Positions 14,476 through 26,290 of a stretch of 64,000 nucleotides of DNA are shown here, one piece after another. Location: NCBI GenBank assembly GCA_000320545.1, contig ADNK01000694.1, forward strand, positions 33,765 through 97,764, given 5' to 3'. Source of the DNA: Bigelowiella natans CCMP2755 (lineage: Eukaryota; Protista; Cercozoa). How positions within the stretch are numbered: the stretch's first letter is position 1; each line of letters opens with the position of its first letter. A program made the position numbers and the translations under genes. The notes under the pieces were generated by a model, which saw only the letters and a list, made by a program, of their open reading frames with translations, had not been told where the DNA came from and did not search any database.

Positions 14476-15765
14476 AATTGCTTTTCCTAAATGCAATCTA
14501 CATTATTAGTGTATTATTAATCAAAAAGAATCTATCATCATCATCCGCTTTCCTACTACCAGAATATTCCGTCATTATCATCTTTCACGATTCCTATTTT
14601 ACATAATACTAATTTGAGGTGCTCTTTCTTTGATGGCAGCAACAACAACATCAAGCTGTAGTTGTATAAATACTAATCATACAATAATGACCAAGTTTTT
14701 TCTCTAATCCAGGATTTTCTCTCCATTCTTTCGAGTTGTCGCTCCAAGCACCCTTCCATTCAAAAGAGCCCCTGAAGTAGTCATCATCATCATCATCATC
14801 ATCATCATCAATACCGTAATCATCATTCTTCAATCGTATGTTTTCCCTTTTATTATGAATTATGTGTTACCAAGGATTTCGCAATTTAATCAATCTGTGG
14901 TTCCCCTCTGCATTGTCATTATCATTTATTGTTATCATAATATCAATTGTGAGAAGTAATATTATCAATCATTTCAGGTTATAGAATACAAGTACTACTA
15001 CTCCTACTACTGACCGATGCGTACGTCAAGAATGCTGTAAGCATGGTTCATTTGTAACCCAACCTTAGTAGGTAGGTAGGTAGGTAGTTAGGCATTCCAT
15101 CATCATAATCAATAAAGCAAACGATACTAATGAATAAGGGGGGGGGGGTAAGGGGCTTTAAAGAGGGTCAAAATATAAGGAAATGGGAATGATTGATGTA
15201 GTAGCATTGTTCAGTGTCCAAATCATATGAAAAAGAATGATGAAGTAATAGTTTTTTGCAATGAAATCCTGTAATAATTATTGACAACGTGGATGTTCAT
15301 CCTGTAAGTAGACCTCATTGTAGTACCTACCTACCTACCTACCTACCTACCTACCTTTTTGAATAGCTGTTGTTCTGCTTGTGTGTTTCCGCAGCTTGCC
15401 CCCATGAGAAATCTAGACGATAAAACAACCAATGAACCACAACGAGAATCCTTACTTATTTAATTTCAATTCATATTTGATGTGAAACAGCATATTTCTT
15501 CTTCGGCTTCATCATCATCATCATCATCTTTATCTTCCTCTTCTTCCACTTGCTCTCACTTTTTTGGTTTTGCTCTCATAATACCCTGATTGTTTGAAGG
15601 ATACCATTCGTGCAAATATAATATCTGAATCAGACTCAATTTTGTCCAAACGAACACTTTCGCATGGTGCTCCTGATTGTTGTTGATGATGGCAGCAGTC
15701 AATGTTATAGCCTTTTAATCATGATGGATGGATGGAGGTTGACGATAAATCAAACAATGGCCGAA

Positions 15766-15817
<52 letters not shown>

Positions 15818-16564
15818 AAGAAGAATGGAAGCTGAGGAGGGTGGTGGGAGAGGGATACCTGTCAGATCTGCTAAGGCCTCATGAACATGCCCACCCTTGA
15901 TGTTGGTATATGACTTGTACATCTTCGCATATCCTTAATAATAATAATAACAATAATAATCACAGTATAATATACAAAGTCATTCACTTTGTCTTCCTGA
16001 TAATCCTCTCCTTCCCCCCCCCACCTCACCTTTCTCTAACAAGCTTGGCCACAACTGATTTCGTTTCCCTCTTGCAAAAGCGATAGCGCCTTATACATTA
16101 AAACGAGTAGTGCTTGTTTGGTCAGGCAAATTGGACAAGTTTAAATTGTAAAGTAAGTATGTAAGGGTAGTAATGAATAGATTCTCTGCAATTGAAGAAT
16201 AATATCTATGAGAGAGCACATCATCATAATACCTACCCCAGGATGTTATAGGAATGTAATCATCAACAAGCACATTTTGCCATTTCCCATCCTTTTTTTA
16301 AACAACATTAACGACAGAAGAAGAAGAAGAAGAAGAAGAAGAAGAAAATACAAAGTGATAATAACAAACCACAAATTAGTACTAAAGGCCATGGACGTTG
16401 GGACAGCACTCATGGTCTTTCAATATTAACGATAACAAATATATTTCCGTTCTTATAATGCATGAACGTAATAATGTACATACATCACTACTACTACTAC
16501 TACTAGTAGTAGTAGTAGTAGTAGTACACATACAGCCATGCCACATGTTGATGATGACAAAAGT

Positions 16565-16604
<40 letters not shown>

Positions 16605-17698
16605 CCTTGCAAAACATCATCTGGTAGGCTCCTACTCGATTGTACTGCTTTGTGACCTGATGAGGAGGGAGGGAGAAAGGAAGGAAAAAATTGGGTGAAG
16701 ATCATCATCATCATCACTATCATCATCATCATCATCATCATCATCTTCTTCTTCTTCCTCTTGTTCAGCGCATATTCTATGACAACCATTAGCTGGGTAA
16801 TGAGCTCTGGCCTCTCAGCAATAACCTTTGATAGTTAAAAGTAAGATTAGTCATAATCATCATCATCATCATTATGACCTTTAATAAACTCTGCATGCAT
16901 GACGGGATAGAACACTCATATATATTCTAATTTTAGTTGTAGTAATTAGCTGCTTTGTGATTCAGATCATTACTGCTAGTGCAGAGAGAAACCAGCAATC
17001 TCCCAATTCTCCTAAAAAGGATTAATAATGTAAATGGATTACAATACAAAACCACATATTACTCTCCAACAACATAAGCAGCAGCTGCATAAAAGCAATA
17101 CAAAGAATCATGATTCTTGTGACAACTACACCTCTACTGCTATACTGCTGCTGCTGCTACTACTACTACTACTACTACTACCACCTTGTTGGAGATCAGA
17201 TGGCTGCATATCGTCCCTAATTACACACCACGTGTTGTTGTTGTTGTTGTTTCCACCACCTAAATCGATGATTTGTTCAACAACCAAATCATTAACGAAT
17301 ACCAAGCAACTTTTCCTCTTCCGTTTGTATATCTGATACTACGCCGTTATCATTGCAATTTTTCATCATCATCATCATCATCCGTTTGTATGACTAGCAT
17401 TTCATCAAGATTATAGAGAGAGTTGTCCAAAACAATGATGATGATGATAATATAAGCAGTATTAGCAAATATTATAAGAGAGATATCAATGCGGTCATAT
17501 TACACTAGAACATGAAATTCATACCCCCCCTTTGCATGGCAGAAGAACGTCCTATTTGTTCCTGAATGATATCAAGTTAAAGCAATTTGATCCTCAACGA
17601 TATGAAGTTGGCCATCACGCCTTAATAGTAGTAGTAGCAGTAGTGGTAGTGGTGGTGGTAGTAGTAGGTAAGGAGAAGAAGAAACAGGCATCATCATT

Positions 17699-17733
<35 letters not shown>

Positions 17734-18362
17734 GTAGAAATAATGATAATATATAGGATGATATATTGGATGTCTCAATGATGTATGATTTTGTTCCTGA
17801 CCGGTCTCCTCCATTCGTACTTTCTCCCATCTTGGTGATAACCCATACTGCGAGGACCTAAAGTATGAGGATGATAATGGTGATGATCAAGAAGCATGAT
17901 GTGCATATTCATTTTATTTCGAACAATCAACAAAGAGAGAACGACGAATTCACTCCGTGAGACGATGATGACTGATGACTTTCATCAGTATTATTTCAGT
18001 GATTCTATTGCCTACTCCCCTCTTCTCCTCCTGAATAATTCTATCACCTACTAGTACTACTACTACCTGGCATAAAGGCATCGTCTGTGAAACGATCCTT
18101 TGCACTACATACCGCCATCACGGTTTTCCTGGTAACGTATGTATACAACAGAGAATATTACCATCGATAACGCTATCTGCTTAAAGACACAGTACATGTT
18201 CTTATTATCATCATCATCGTCATCATCATCATCCCCATCATCATCATCATCAGTCCTTACTGTACCACGTCTGTTTTGCCTCATTCTCCTGCTGCATTTT
18301 CTTTGCTCCGCCTAACCGACTTACCTAAGAACGGTCATCATTAGTGAGGAGGAAATCATATC

Positions 18363-18396
<34 letters not shown>

Positions 18397-19033
18397 GCTG
18401 GCAGGGGGGTCACGATGATCGAAATGGTTTTGAACGCTACATACGCATTATTGTTAGTGCTTCATCAAACTGTTGTTTGATGCGTCGTCAAATATTTGCT
18501 GCAATAATTCCCAAGACGATTCTTCACCATTATTATTATTATTATTATTCCTACTACAGTGAAGGTGCTGCTAGGTAATGACCTCCCAGCCATTGCCTTT
18601 ATTCTTCGGTACTTTATATCCTCCTCCTCCTCCTCCTGTTGAAATCGTATTCCGTTTCATATCATTGCCAGTCTTTGGCTTTGGCGTGGAACAGGCACTA
18701 CCTGTCAAAGGTGGAAAAACAATAATGATAATAATGGTGAATATATGCTTCGTCCAGTCTTAGTGTATTAGTTCTATGTAATCAAGTAATCGTTGGCATT
18801 AGGGTTGTACGTACAGACGGAGTCTTTGATTTTGTTCACCAACGTACATCTTAAACACCTACCGAAAACAACGATATCTTCATAATATGAGTGCTCAAGA
18901 TTTGAGTAATACGATGCGCCACTATCATTTCATTCATTCATATTTGGAACACATACAATGATGACATCGACGTGTCATTCAAATTCTTTCATTCATCGTG
19001 GATTCTTCTTCTTGATCTTTTTCTTCAGCTTTA

Positions 19034-19068
<35 letters not shown>

Positions 19069-19972
19069 TTGTCATTCTTCTTCTCCGTCACCTCCATTGG
19101 TCCGGTTTTACTTGTTTGATAGAAGGGGTCTTTGCACTTCTTTCAGGTCCTACTGCCAGCTGATGATGATGATGATGAATGAGTAGGTGCAACAACAGAC
19201 AACATGATCGTTATATCCACATTAACCCTATTATCAACATCATTGTCATCATCCCACCAATCACTAATCACTACCACCACCATGATCATATATCAACAGT
19301 AGCGCCTCTTCCTACTACCTGAGCTTGCTTTGGACGTCTGCAAACCATACATTCTGAAAGATCCTTCCGATTACAATATGTGCACCTATGGTAATATCAC
19401 ACATCATAGCAGTAGCAGCAGCAGCCCGTTCAATACTATAAGAGGGTGGTAAATGGTGTATGTTGGTGGTTATTACCACTTGCATGACCATTTATCTGGA
19501 TTTCCAGATGATGATGTTTCTGAATTATTTATTAAAAAAAGTAGTTGACTGTTTGCAGATATTCATATGATAATGTGCTTTGTGAGGCCCATACTCTTCT
19601 CGATCTTGGGTCTTTCATTGCCGCATGCTGAACAATGGCTCGCCTCCTAGAAAGCATATATTTTATAATACGGTGATAACGATGGTGTGATGATGGTGAT
19701 GCTGATGACGATAGATGATGATCACGACAAGATGATGGACACTTAACAAAAAAATGGACGATGTAGAAAGTTGGTAGTACAAGCGGATTATTGAGAGTGC
19801 AAATTTTGCAATTCCACGTAGCTTTGAGCTCTGCGTTGTTTGGAAAGAGTTAGAAGAATGTGGTTGTATGTAGCAATACATATTACTATGTGTGATCGAT
19901 CGAGCAGCAAATATGTATGATGTGACTACCAGGATTGCTCTGTTGTTTTTCGTCAGTTTTTTTTTTACGCAT
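11037..19972 (-). CDS. Calpain-15/SOL-like cysteine protease with two N-terminal RanBP2-type zinc fingers
   Basis: ATG 19972 MRKKKTDEKQQSNP|ELKATWNCKICTLNNPL|EASHCSAC and KWSCKW|CTYCNRKDLSECMVC (RanBP2 fingers). CysPc domain: QPSDLQQG|ELGDCWFLSALAV (Cys ~16998), VLVDDYIP, QLWPSLLEK, GGHVHEALADLTG, MNHAYSIL (His ~15043), LIKLRNPW (Asn ~14877), EWKGAWSD. SOL-type tail IVPPLHRQILVVL ... HTPSLDVEYKELHYPVPI* (TAG 11037). Confidence 0.9.
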
Positions 19973-21026
19973 GTGTCCACACACGTCGCATCGTTTATTT
20001 CCTTGAATCACACATATGAATTCGTTCACTTTTAAAAAAAAAGAAGTGAGGATGAATGCTTTACTACCTGGGGAATTTTTGTAGGTACACGTTGGGCAAG
20101 ACCACTAAGTTGTTTTTTACAAATAAGAACGACGAATGGCAAGACCACTAAGTTGTTTTTACAAATAAGAACGACGAATGGTTCTAAATCGCCTATCTTT
20201 TATAGTATTAGTATATTAGCACAACCAACCTTTGAGTAGGAAGTTGAGGTCTTAAACGAATCGCCCCGCATTAGCCTGAATAAGTGGAAGAAGGAGGTGG
20301 TTACCAAACAAATGATGTCTTTCCTGTGCTTTTTGCTTAGTTTGTTAGCACCTAGGTGTGCCTTTTGGGATCGAGATCTTTGGTTTGGGGGCTCCGCACA
20401 TCTGACACGTAATACTTTGGCACCTGTAGACATCTTCTTATTAAAAAATCTCATGGTGCATCGTCACAATCAACGTACGAATTTTCGAACGTGCAGGACG
20501 TACATCCCCAATTACCTAATGGATAAGAATGTACGAAAAGATCAATCAATTTGTTCAAGCATTAGTGATTGCTAGTACTCATGCTTCTTTTAGAACCCTC
20601 AACAGAGACTCTTATTATTCTTTTGACGACGCAATCCGGAGATAGGGAAGGGCTTTCCAGGCTATCTGCTCGGCCGGATTGGTCGGATGGTGGGAGAGAG
20701 AAAGAGGGAGATGAAAGCATGCCGTTTTGTTTGGACGACAAGGAAAATTACCCTAAGAAATACGTAAAAGAATGCCATTTTGTTTGGACGACAAGGAGAA
20801 AGACTATGTTCAGATCGACTCCACCTGCACCTCGTCGTTCCTAATGGGCATGTGCACACTAAATGCAGCTTCGCATCTGGAACATGCATGTGTGTGCATC
20901 TAGACATGTGCACTGTGCACGTTTTGTCTTTCCAGCAATTTGACTTCTCGTGACGATTTGACCCAAACCGACCGACCGACCGACCACATAATTCAACTTC
21001 GTCAGAGGCATCATGCTACGAGCTGA

Positions 21027-22302
21027 ATGGCGACGACGCCCCTCCTCATAAGTCAGAAGACCTTGTTGCTCTTTGCCTGGGTTACGATGCTGCCCTCGGT
21101 ACCCTCTCTAATAAAATTGGAAATTGGTTTATAAAGGGATTTGTGATCTTCATGTTAAATCTGAGGCGACCCAAAAAACACACGGGCATGGGAGAGAAAA
21201 AGGGGGTGGGAAGCGAGTAGAAGGCGAACGATAAATTTGTCTTTTCCCTGCTTTGTAGGTAACAGAGTGTTCGAGCGCTACCTTCAACAAACCAGGCAGC
21301 CTCTCTCCATCCCAGGCTATAATAATTAAATCTCCCCTTCGATGCAAACAGAGAACTTTCTTCTTACAGAAGGATTTCAATATAATTACCCGAGACAGAA
21401 ATAGATTACCGTCGGCAGCAGGTGGATTGGGGAGCACGATTTGGAATAAATTGAATGTCTCCCTCAGGAGACAGATTTTTCAAAAGCATGAAAAAGCTTC
21501 TGTGGGATCAGATATTCGAGACTATAAGGAAGCTTTGATTCGGAAAGCAACACAGGGCAAAGGAGGATATCCGGGAGAATCTTCCATTGGTCAGAATGAC
21601 GCTATCAACAATCGCCGAGTGATTGTGGAAAACAGAGATTTTAAAAAAGAGCCAGCCTCAAGAAGAATGGTCGAGGGAAAACACGCTCAAAAGCTGGAAA
21701 GGAAGCGGAAGAGGCTTTGCGAACATGGGAGATTACCAACCCAATGCATCAAATGTGGCGGTTCAGCGATTTGCAAACATGGACGACTAAAATATTTATG
21801 TAAAGATTGTGAAGGATCGGGATTATGCGAACACGGTAGACAACGCCCCAGGTGCCACGAATGCGGAGGATCCAACCTGTGTGTCATTCATAAGAAGCAG
21901 AAAGCGCATTGCAAAATCTGTGGAGGTTCGGCCTTTTGTCACCACGGGCGACAGAGAAGCCAATGTAAAGATTGCTTTGGAACATCGATATGCCAGCATG
22001 GAAGAATCAAATATAGATGTAAGAGCTGCGGTGGACGTGGAATCTGCGCTCACGGAAGAGTTCGAAGCAAGTGCAAAGATTGCGGCGGTGGGTCCATCTG
22101 TAGACATGGACGTCAACGATCTCATTGTGGTGCTTGTGGGGGCGGCTCTGTTTGCGTGCATGAAAGAATACGGAGCAAATGTAAGGAATGTATGGGTGGA
22201 TCGATATGTGTGCATCGCAAACAGAAATTCCATTGCAACGATTGTCGGCTTGCAAGTCGTAATGTCACTTATCGAATGCGTGTTCAAAGAGCTCGCATGT
22301 AG
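21027..22302 (+). CDS. Cys/His-rich repeat protein (about ten 18-aa CxHGRxxxxCxxCGG units) with a hydrophobic N-terminal leader
   Basis: Exon 1 21027-21098 (MATTPLLISQKTLLLFAWVTMLPS), GT-AG intron, exon 2 21259-22302 in frame with the 291-aa ORF; about 371 aa in total; basic KLERKRKR just before the repeats. Confidence 0.8.
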
Positions 22303-22448
22303 CACGCTGAGAATATACTGTGTAACAAGCCGATGTAAATGAAAAGGAAAACATCGAAATCAAATATCAAACTGTACATCCTTGACCGCTGTGCTGCAAA
22401 AGCGAAAAAAAGAGATGATCTATTGAGCAACAATGACAAGCGCAATGC

Positions 22449-22720
22449 GAGACGGATGTAATGAGTATGTTAATTTTTTTCAATTGTCATCCTAATGAGC
22501 TTTGCAATGTGTAAAGACATATATATATATATATATATGTACATATATATACGATGTATGTGTATTTACATGCATGAGACGGATGTAAAGAAGTGATTTA
22601 TAGATTAAATCTTTTCAATAGTCATCCTACAATGTAGCAATGCAAAGCAGCGGCTACAGCGCTCATGTTGTGTCTGTTGGTCTCTGTCATCATCATGTGC
22701 TTCATGAATTTAAAAGAAGA
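22449..22720 (-). mobile_element. Two additional short 3'-end fragments of the same LINE, in tandem
   Basis: GAGACGGATGT...TTTTCAAT.GTCATCCT at 22449 and 22575 (the latter continues with GCAGCGGCTACAGCGCT), matching the LINE end at 22775; separated by (TA)n-derived tracts. Confidence 0.8.
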
Positions 22721-22774
22721 TGGAAGCATCTATGTCCTAGGTACATGCATGTGCACAGCGTGTGCACACATGCA

Positions 22775-24290
22775 TGAGACGGATGTGATGAAGAATCAAA
22801 TTTTTTCAATGGTCATCCTGATGTAGCTGTGCAATGCAGCGGCTACAGCGCTAATGTTGCATCTGTTGGTTTCTGCCACCACGTGCTTCATGCATTTGAA
22901 AGCGTCCTCATGCGACCGATGTTGCCGCGCACTGCGCGCAGCAGTTCTGGAGTCCTTTTCAGCCTTTGTCAGCCGGTTCGTGTCGTCGTTGCGATTCATG
23001 ATCGCGCGCATTTGATTGCGCAATCTGATTTGTTCTCGACTGTGTGTTGGACATTGCAGGAGATGATCCATGTCCTTCAGGATGCCACATGCATCGCACG
23101 CAGCATCTTTCTCCGTGCATTGTCCACGTGAGAACATGAATTTTCCAAGATTGCCGACACCACAGATGGCGCGCATCCATGATGTAGCAACACTTGGAAG
23201 TTTCAGTTTGATGCCGGTGATCGAAGATGACGGGAGGAATCCAAGATTCTTGAGATGCACAGCGCGCAATGAATCATTGGACCATTCCTCTTCGAATTCG
23301 TTGAAAGCACAGGATTTCATCACCTTGTGATGTTTTTTCAGTTCTTTTTTCAGTCTTTTTTCAGCGCCTCTGTTGTCGCCAAAACGGTGGGCAATTCGTC
23401 GTCTAACAAATCGTCAGTGATCGATTTGAGCCGACGAAACAAGGATGCTTTGTTCCACGCATTTGTGGGCACATCAATCCACGATGTGCCATCCAACATT
23501 TTTCGATTCTCAATGATGAAGCCATGACTGCTCCAATCATTTGTTCCCTCATGGATTTGAGGACCGCTGCCTGTGTCGATCCATGCGTCAGTGCGCAACC
23601 ATGATTTGGCACACTGCACTTCAGTTTGACATCGGGGTGGCAACGTGCCAGTGAGGACGTGGGGGACGTCGTTGGAGATGGATCCAGGTGATCCCAATGC
23701 ACGTTTCAGGGTTTGGGATTCCATGGAATCCATCTGTTTCATTCGCATGTTTCTTCGTGATCTCCACATTGGAGCAGCGCATCTGCTGGATGCAAGGAAC
23801 CATGATTTGCAAAATTTCAGTCTGACATTCAGCGGTGCAAGGTGTCTGGAATGACACAACCTTGACAAAAACCTTCGCTTCTTTTGCAATCTCAGGTGAG
23901 AAGCAAGAGCATGTTTTTCAAAGGTCAATTTGTTGTCGAAGATTGGTCCGAGACATCTGCCGCTGTCGACTCTTTTCACTTTGCCTTGGAGATTGAGAGA
24001 GATGTTCCAGGAGGTTTGGTGTCGGTGGGCTTCATTTCTTTTGTCAATTGTGAGGTGCCCGCTCTTGTCCCCATTGAATCGCATCCGCCATTTCATGCAC
24101 CAGTCCGTCATTTGGTTTAGGTCGGCCTGGATGTCATCTTGCATTTTCCCCCATCGGTTTGGCGAAAACAATTTGTAGGGGGTGACGTCGTCACAGTGCA
24201 TTTGGAAATCTGTGTTGGTAATTTGTTCGTAAACATCGCAATGGGTTGTGAAAACATGTGCATACACATGCACATACACCCGTCTCACAC
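22775..24290 (-). mobile_element. 5'-truncated non-LTR retrotransposon (LINE): RT C-terminal part plus CCHC zinc finger; frameshifted and hypermutated
   Basis: FQMHCDD (YxDD position), IQADLNQMTDWCMKWRMRFNGDKS, RCLGPIFDNKLTFEKH, RLKFCKS, RCAAPMW; C-terminal CDACG...DHLLQCP; frame change near 23340; stop at 22796 followed by a short 3' UTR and a degraded (TA)n tract. Confidence 0.88.
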
Positions 24291-24687
24291 ATGACATGCA
24301 CACAAATGCACACATATTACTTGACTAGCTGAGTGCATAATGCCCGCTAGAAGCAGCTACAACCGTCATTACATGCTATTGCATGCTTTTGGTGCCACAG
24401 AGTAATGTAAAGTCAATAGAATTTGTTACGCCGAGTATTGGTGGCGGAACATAGCCTAGATTACCAACCACGGAGGCTACATCAATAAAATAGACACAAC
24501 ATATATAGTGCGCTGTAGCAAGCTCTGCCACTGATGCATCCTAACAATATTTTGAGTGTTGTTCTGTAAAAAATTGACTTAGCGAAGTAATCATTTCTCT
24601 AAATGACTAAGTAGCGATTGGACATAATGGTAATATAATTTGCAAACTATGGCTGTGAAAATACCAATTGTTCTTGGACACGATTTT

Positions 24688-25794
24688 CTATTTTTTGACG
24701 ATCACGATAATATCAGACGCGATTTTTGCAGAAGGAATTAGGATGGTGTCGCCATTGTCTCCTCGCAGAACTACACGAGAAAGTTCAATCTTCTCCACAA
24801 CACCGGTTCGGCCAGCCAAAACCACCTTCTCGCCCCTCCGGACTCTGCAATGGCCACGACAGGAATCATCGTACGTATATAGGTATGTACGTTTTATAGG
24901 CTTACATAAGAATGAAAGTTTGTTTTATTAATTTTGCCATTAATTTTTATTATAGTGTAGACACCACCTTCCAAAAAGTATTAGAGTGAATCCACACAGA
25001 AGATTGTTTATTAAATCCTGACAATGAGATGGCACCAAAATTCAACGAAGAAGAATGAATGTTAATCCAGGTTGCTTACCTTTGCAGCAAATCCAATGGC
25101 AGCACCGGTCACACCCAGGCCTAGACGTATGATCATTTCACCATTTATCGTAAAAAATAAAATACATTAGCGGTACTTACCTGCAATAATCGGCGACGTG
25201 TCAATTCCCACGGTTCCGAAAATTGCCAGTACCACAGTTCCATAGGCCAAATAGTTCCTTTAGTTTATCAGGTACGTGAGTTGAGAAGAAGCTTGTAATT
25301 ATTTGACAAACATTTTCAATAATCGACCCTGCTGTGATGACAAGTTCGCTGATGTCTTCGTTTTCAACTCCTGCCATTAAGAAAGCCCGCTTGATTTTGT
25401 CTCGAAAACTCGTTTTGTTGTTATTAGTGTCTTTTGCATCGGATGAAAATGAGCGTTTCGATGTAAATCGGTCAAATTTCTCTTTTCGCAGCCTCATAGA
25501 AGAGGGCCGTTCTACGTTAACATTGGAACAAAAAAGTAGTAGAGAACAACAAGGGTTTTCAAGATGTTCGAGTGTTGTAGATTTCGATTGATATCCTACC
25601 CGTCAGAATGCTATGGAAATGCATGCACGAGTTCCCAAGAGCAGAATGTAATGAGCAAGGCTTGCTTTGAGCAAAAATCCTTCTCTGAGCAGCAAAGCAA
25701 GAGATGAATGCAACCCCACTGTCTATGTTCTTCAATAGCGTATTCGAACCGGTAATTTCCCGACAAGATAGCCTTTTCTAACCAAGTTCAACAT
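24688..25794 (-). CDS. MscS-family small-conductance mechanosensitive channel, with a possible mitochondrial presequence
   Basis: Exons give MLNLVRKGYLVGKLP|RRIFAQSK... (start tentative), ...NYLAYGTVVLAIFGTVGIDTSPIIAG|LGVTGAAIGFAAK|DLINNLLCGFTLILFGR|VRRGEKVVLAGRTGVVEKIELSRVVLRGDNGDTILIPSAKI...KK*, i.e. the TM3 G/A-rich helix plus the middle beta domain. Confidence 0.85.
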
Positions 25795-26290
25795 TCGATA
25801 TATTCACGTTTTTCGTGGTACAGAGGGCGGCGAAGGGGAGGGAAAAGTGAGAGCGACGATTCGCCGGAGCGATTGGTTGGTATCGATGTCACACACATGC
25901 GGTTCATTTCAGTGCGACATGTGTCATTACATGTCGCATCACATATCGCGCAATGATTTCGAAAAGAAATATGACTTTCTAGAATTGAGCACCATTTTTT
26001 TGAATTTAAAAAGTCGATACCGATGAATGAAATGGCCTTGCGATACAGACCTACGACAAGCGCCCTGGTGTTCTTTGATACTTGGAACTACAAGGTTTTG
26101 TCGGAAGAAGTCCATGATGGAAGTGGTCTCGTGTTGGGTCATAGCAGTATCCGAGGGCATTTTTCAGTCGAGACAACTTCATAAACAAAGCACAGACAAA
26201 AGAACAGCTTGCGTGCTTGCTTCATACACCGAGATCATCTACTATCGACCTGTAGCTTCCCCCCCTGCCAAAAGAGAGCACTAGCTCAGG

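Noticed and set aside
21687-22342. Alternative-frame and antisense ORFs over the zinc-finger gene
   Set aside because: Shadows of the periodic Cys/Gly-rich coding sequence.
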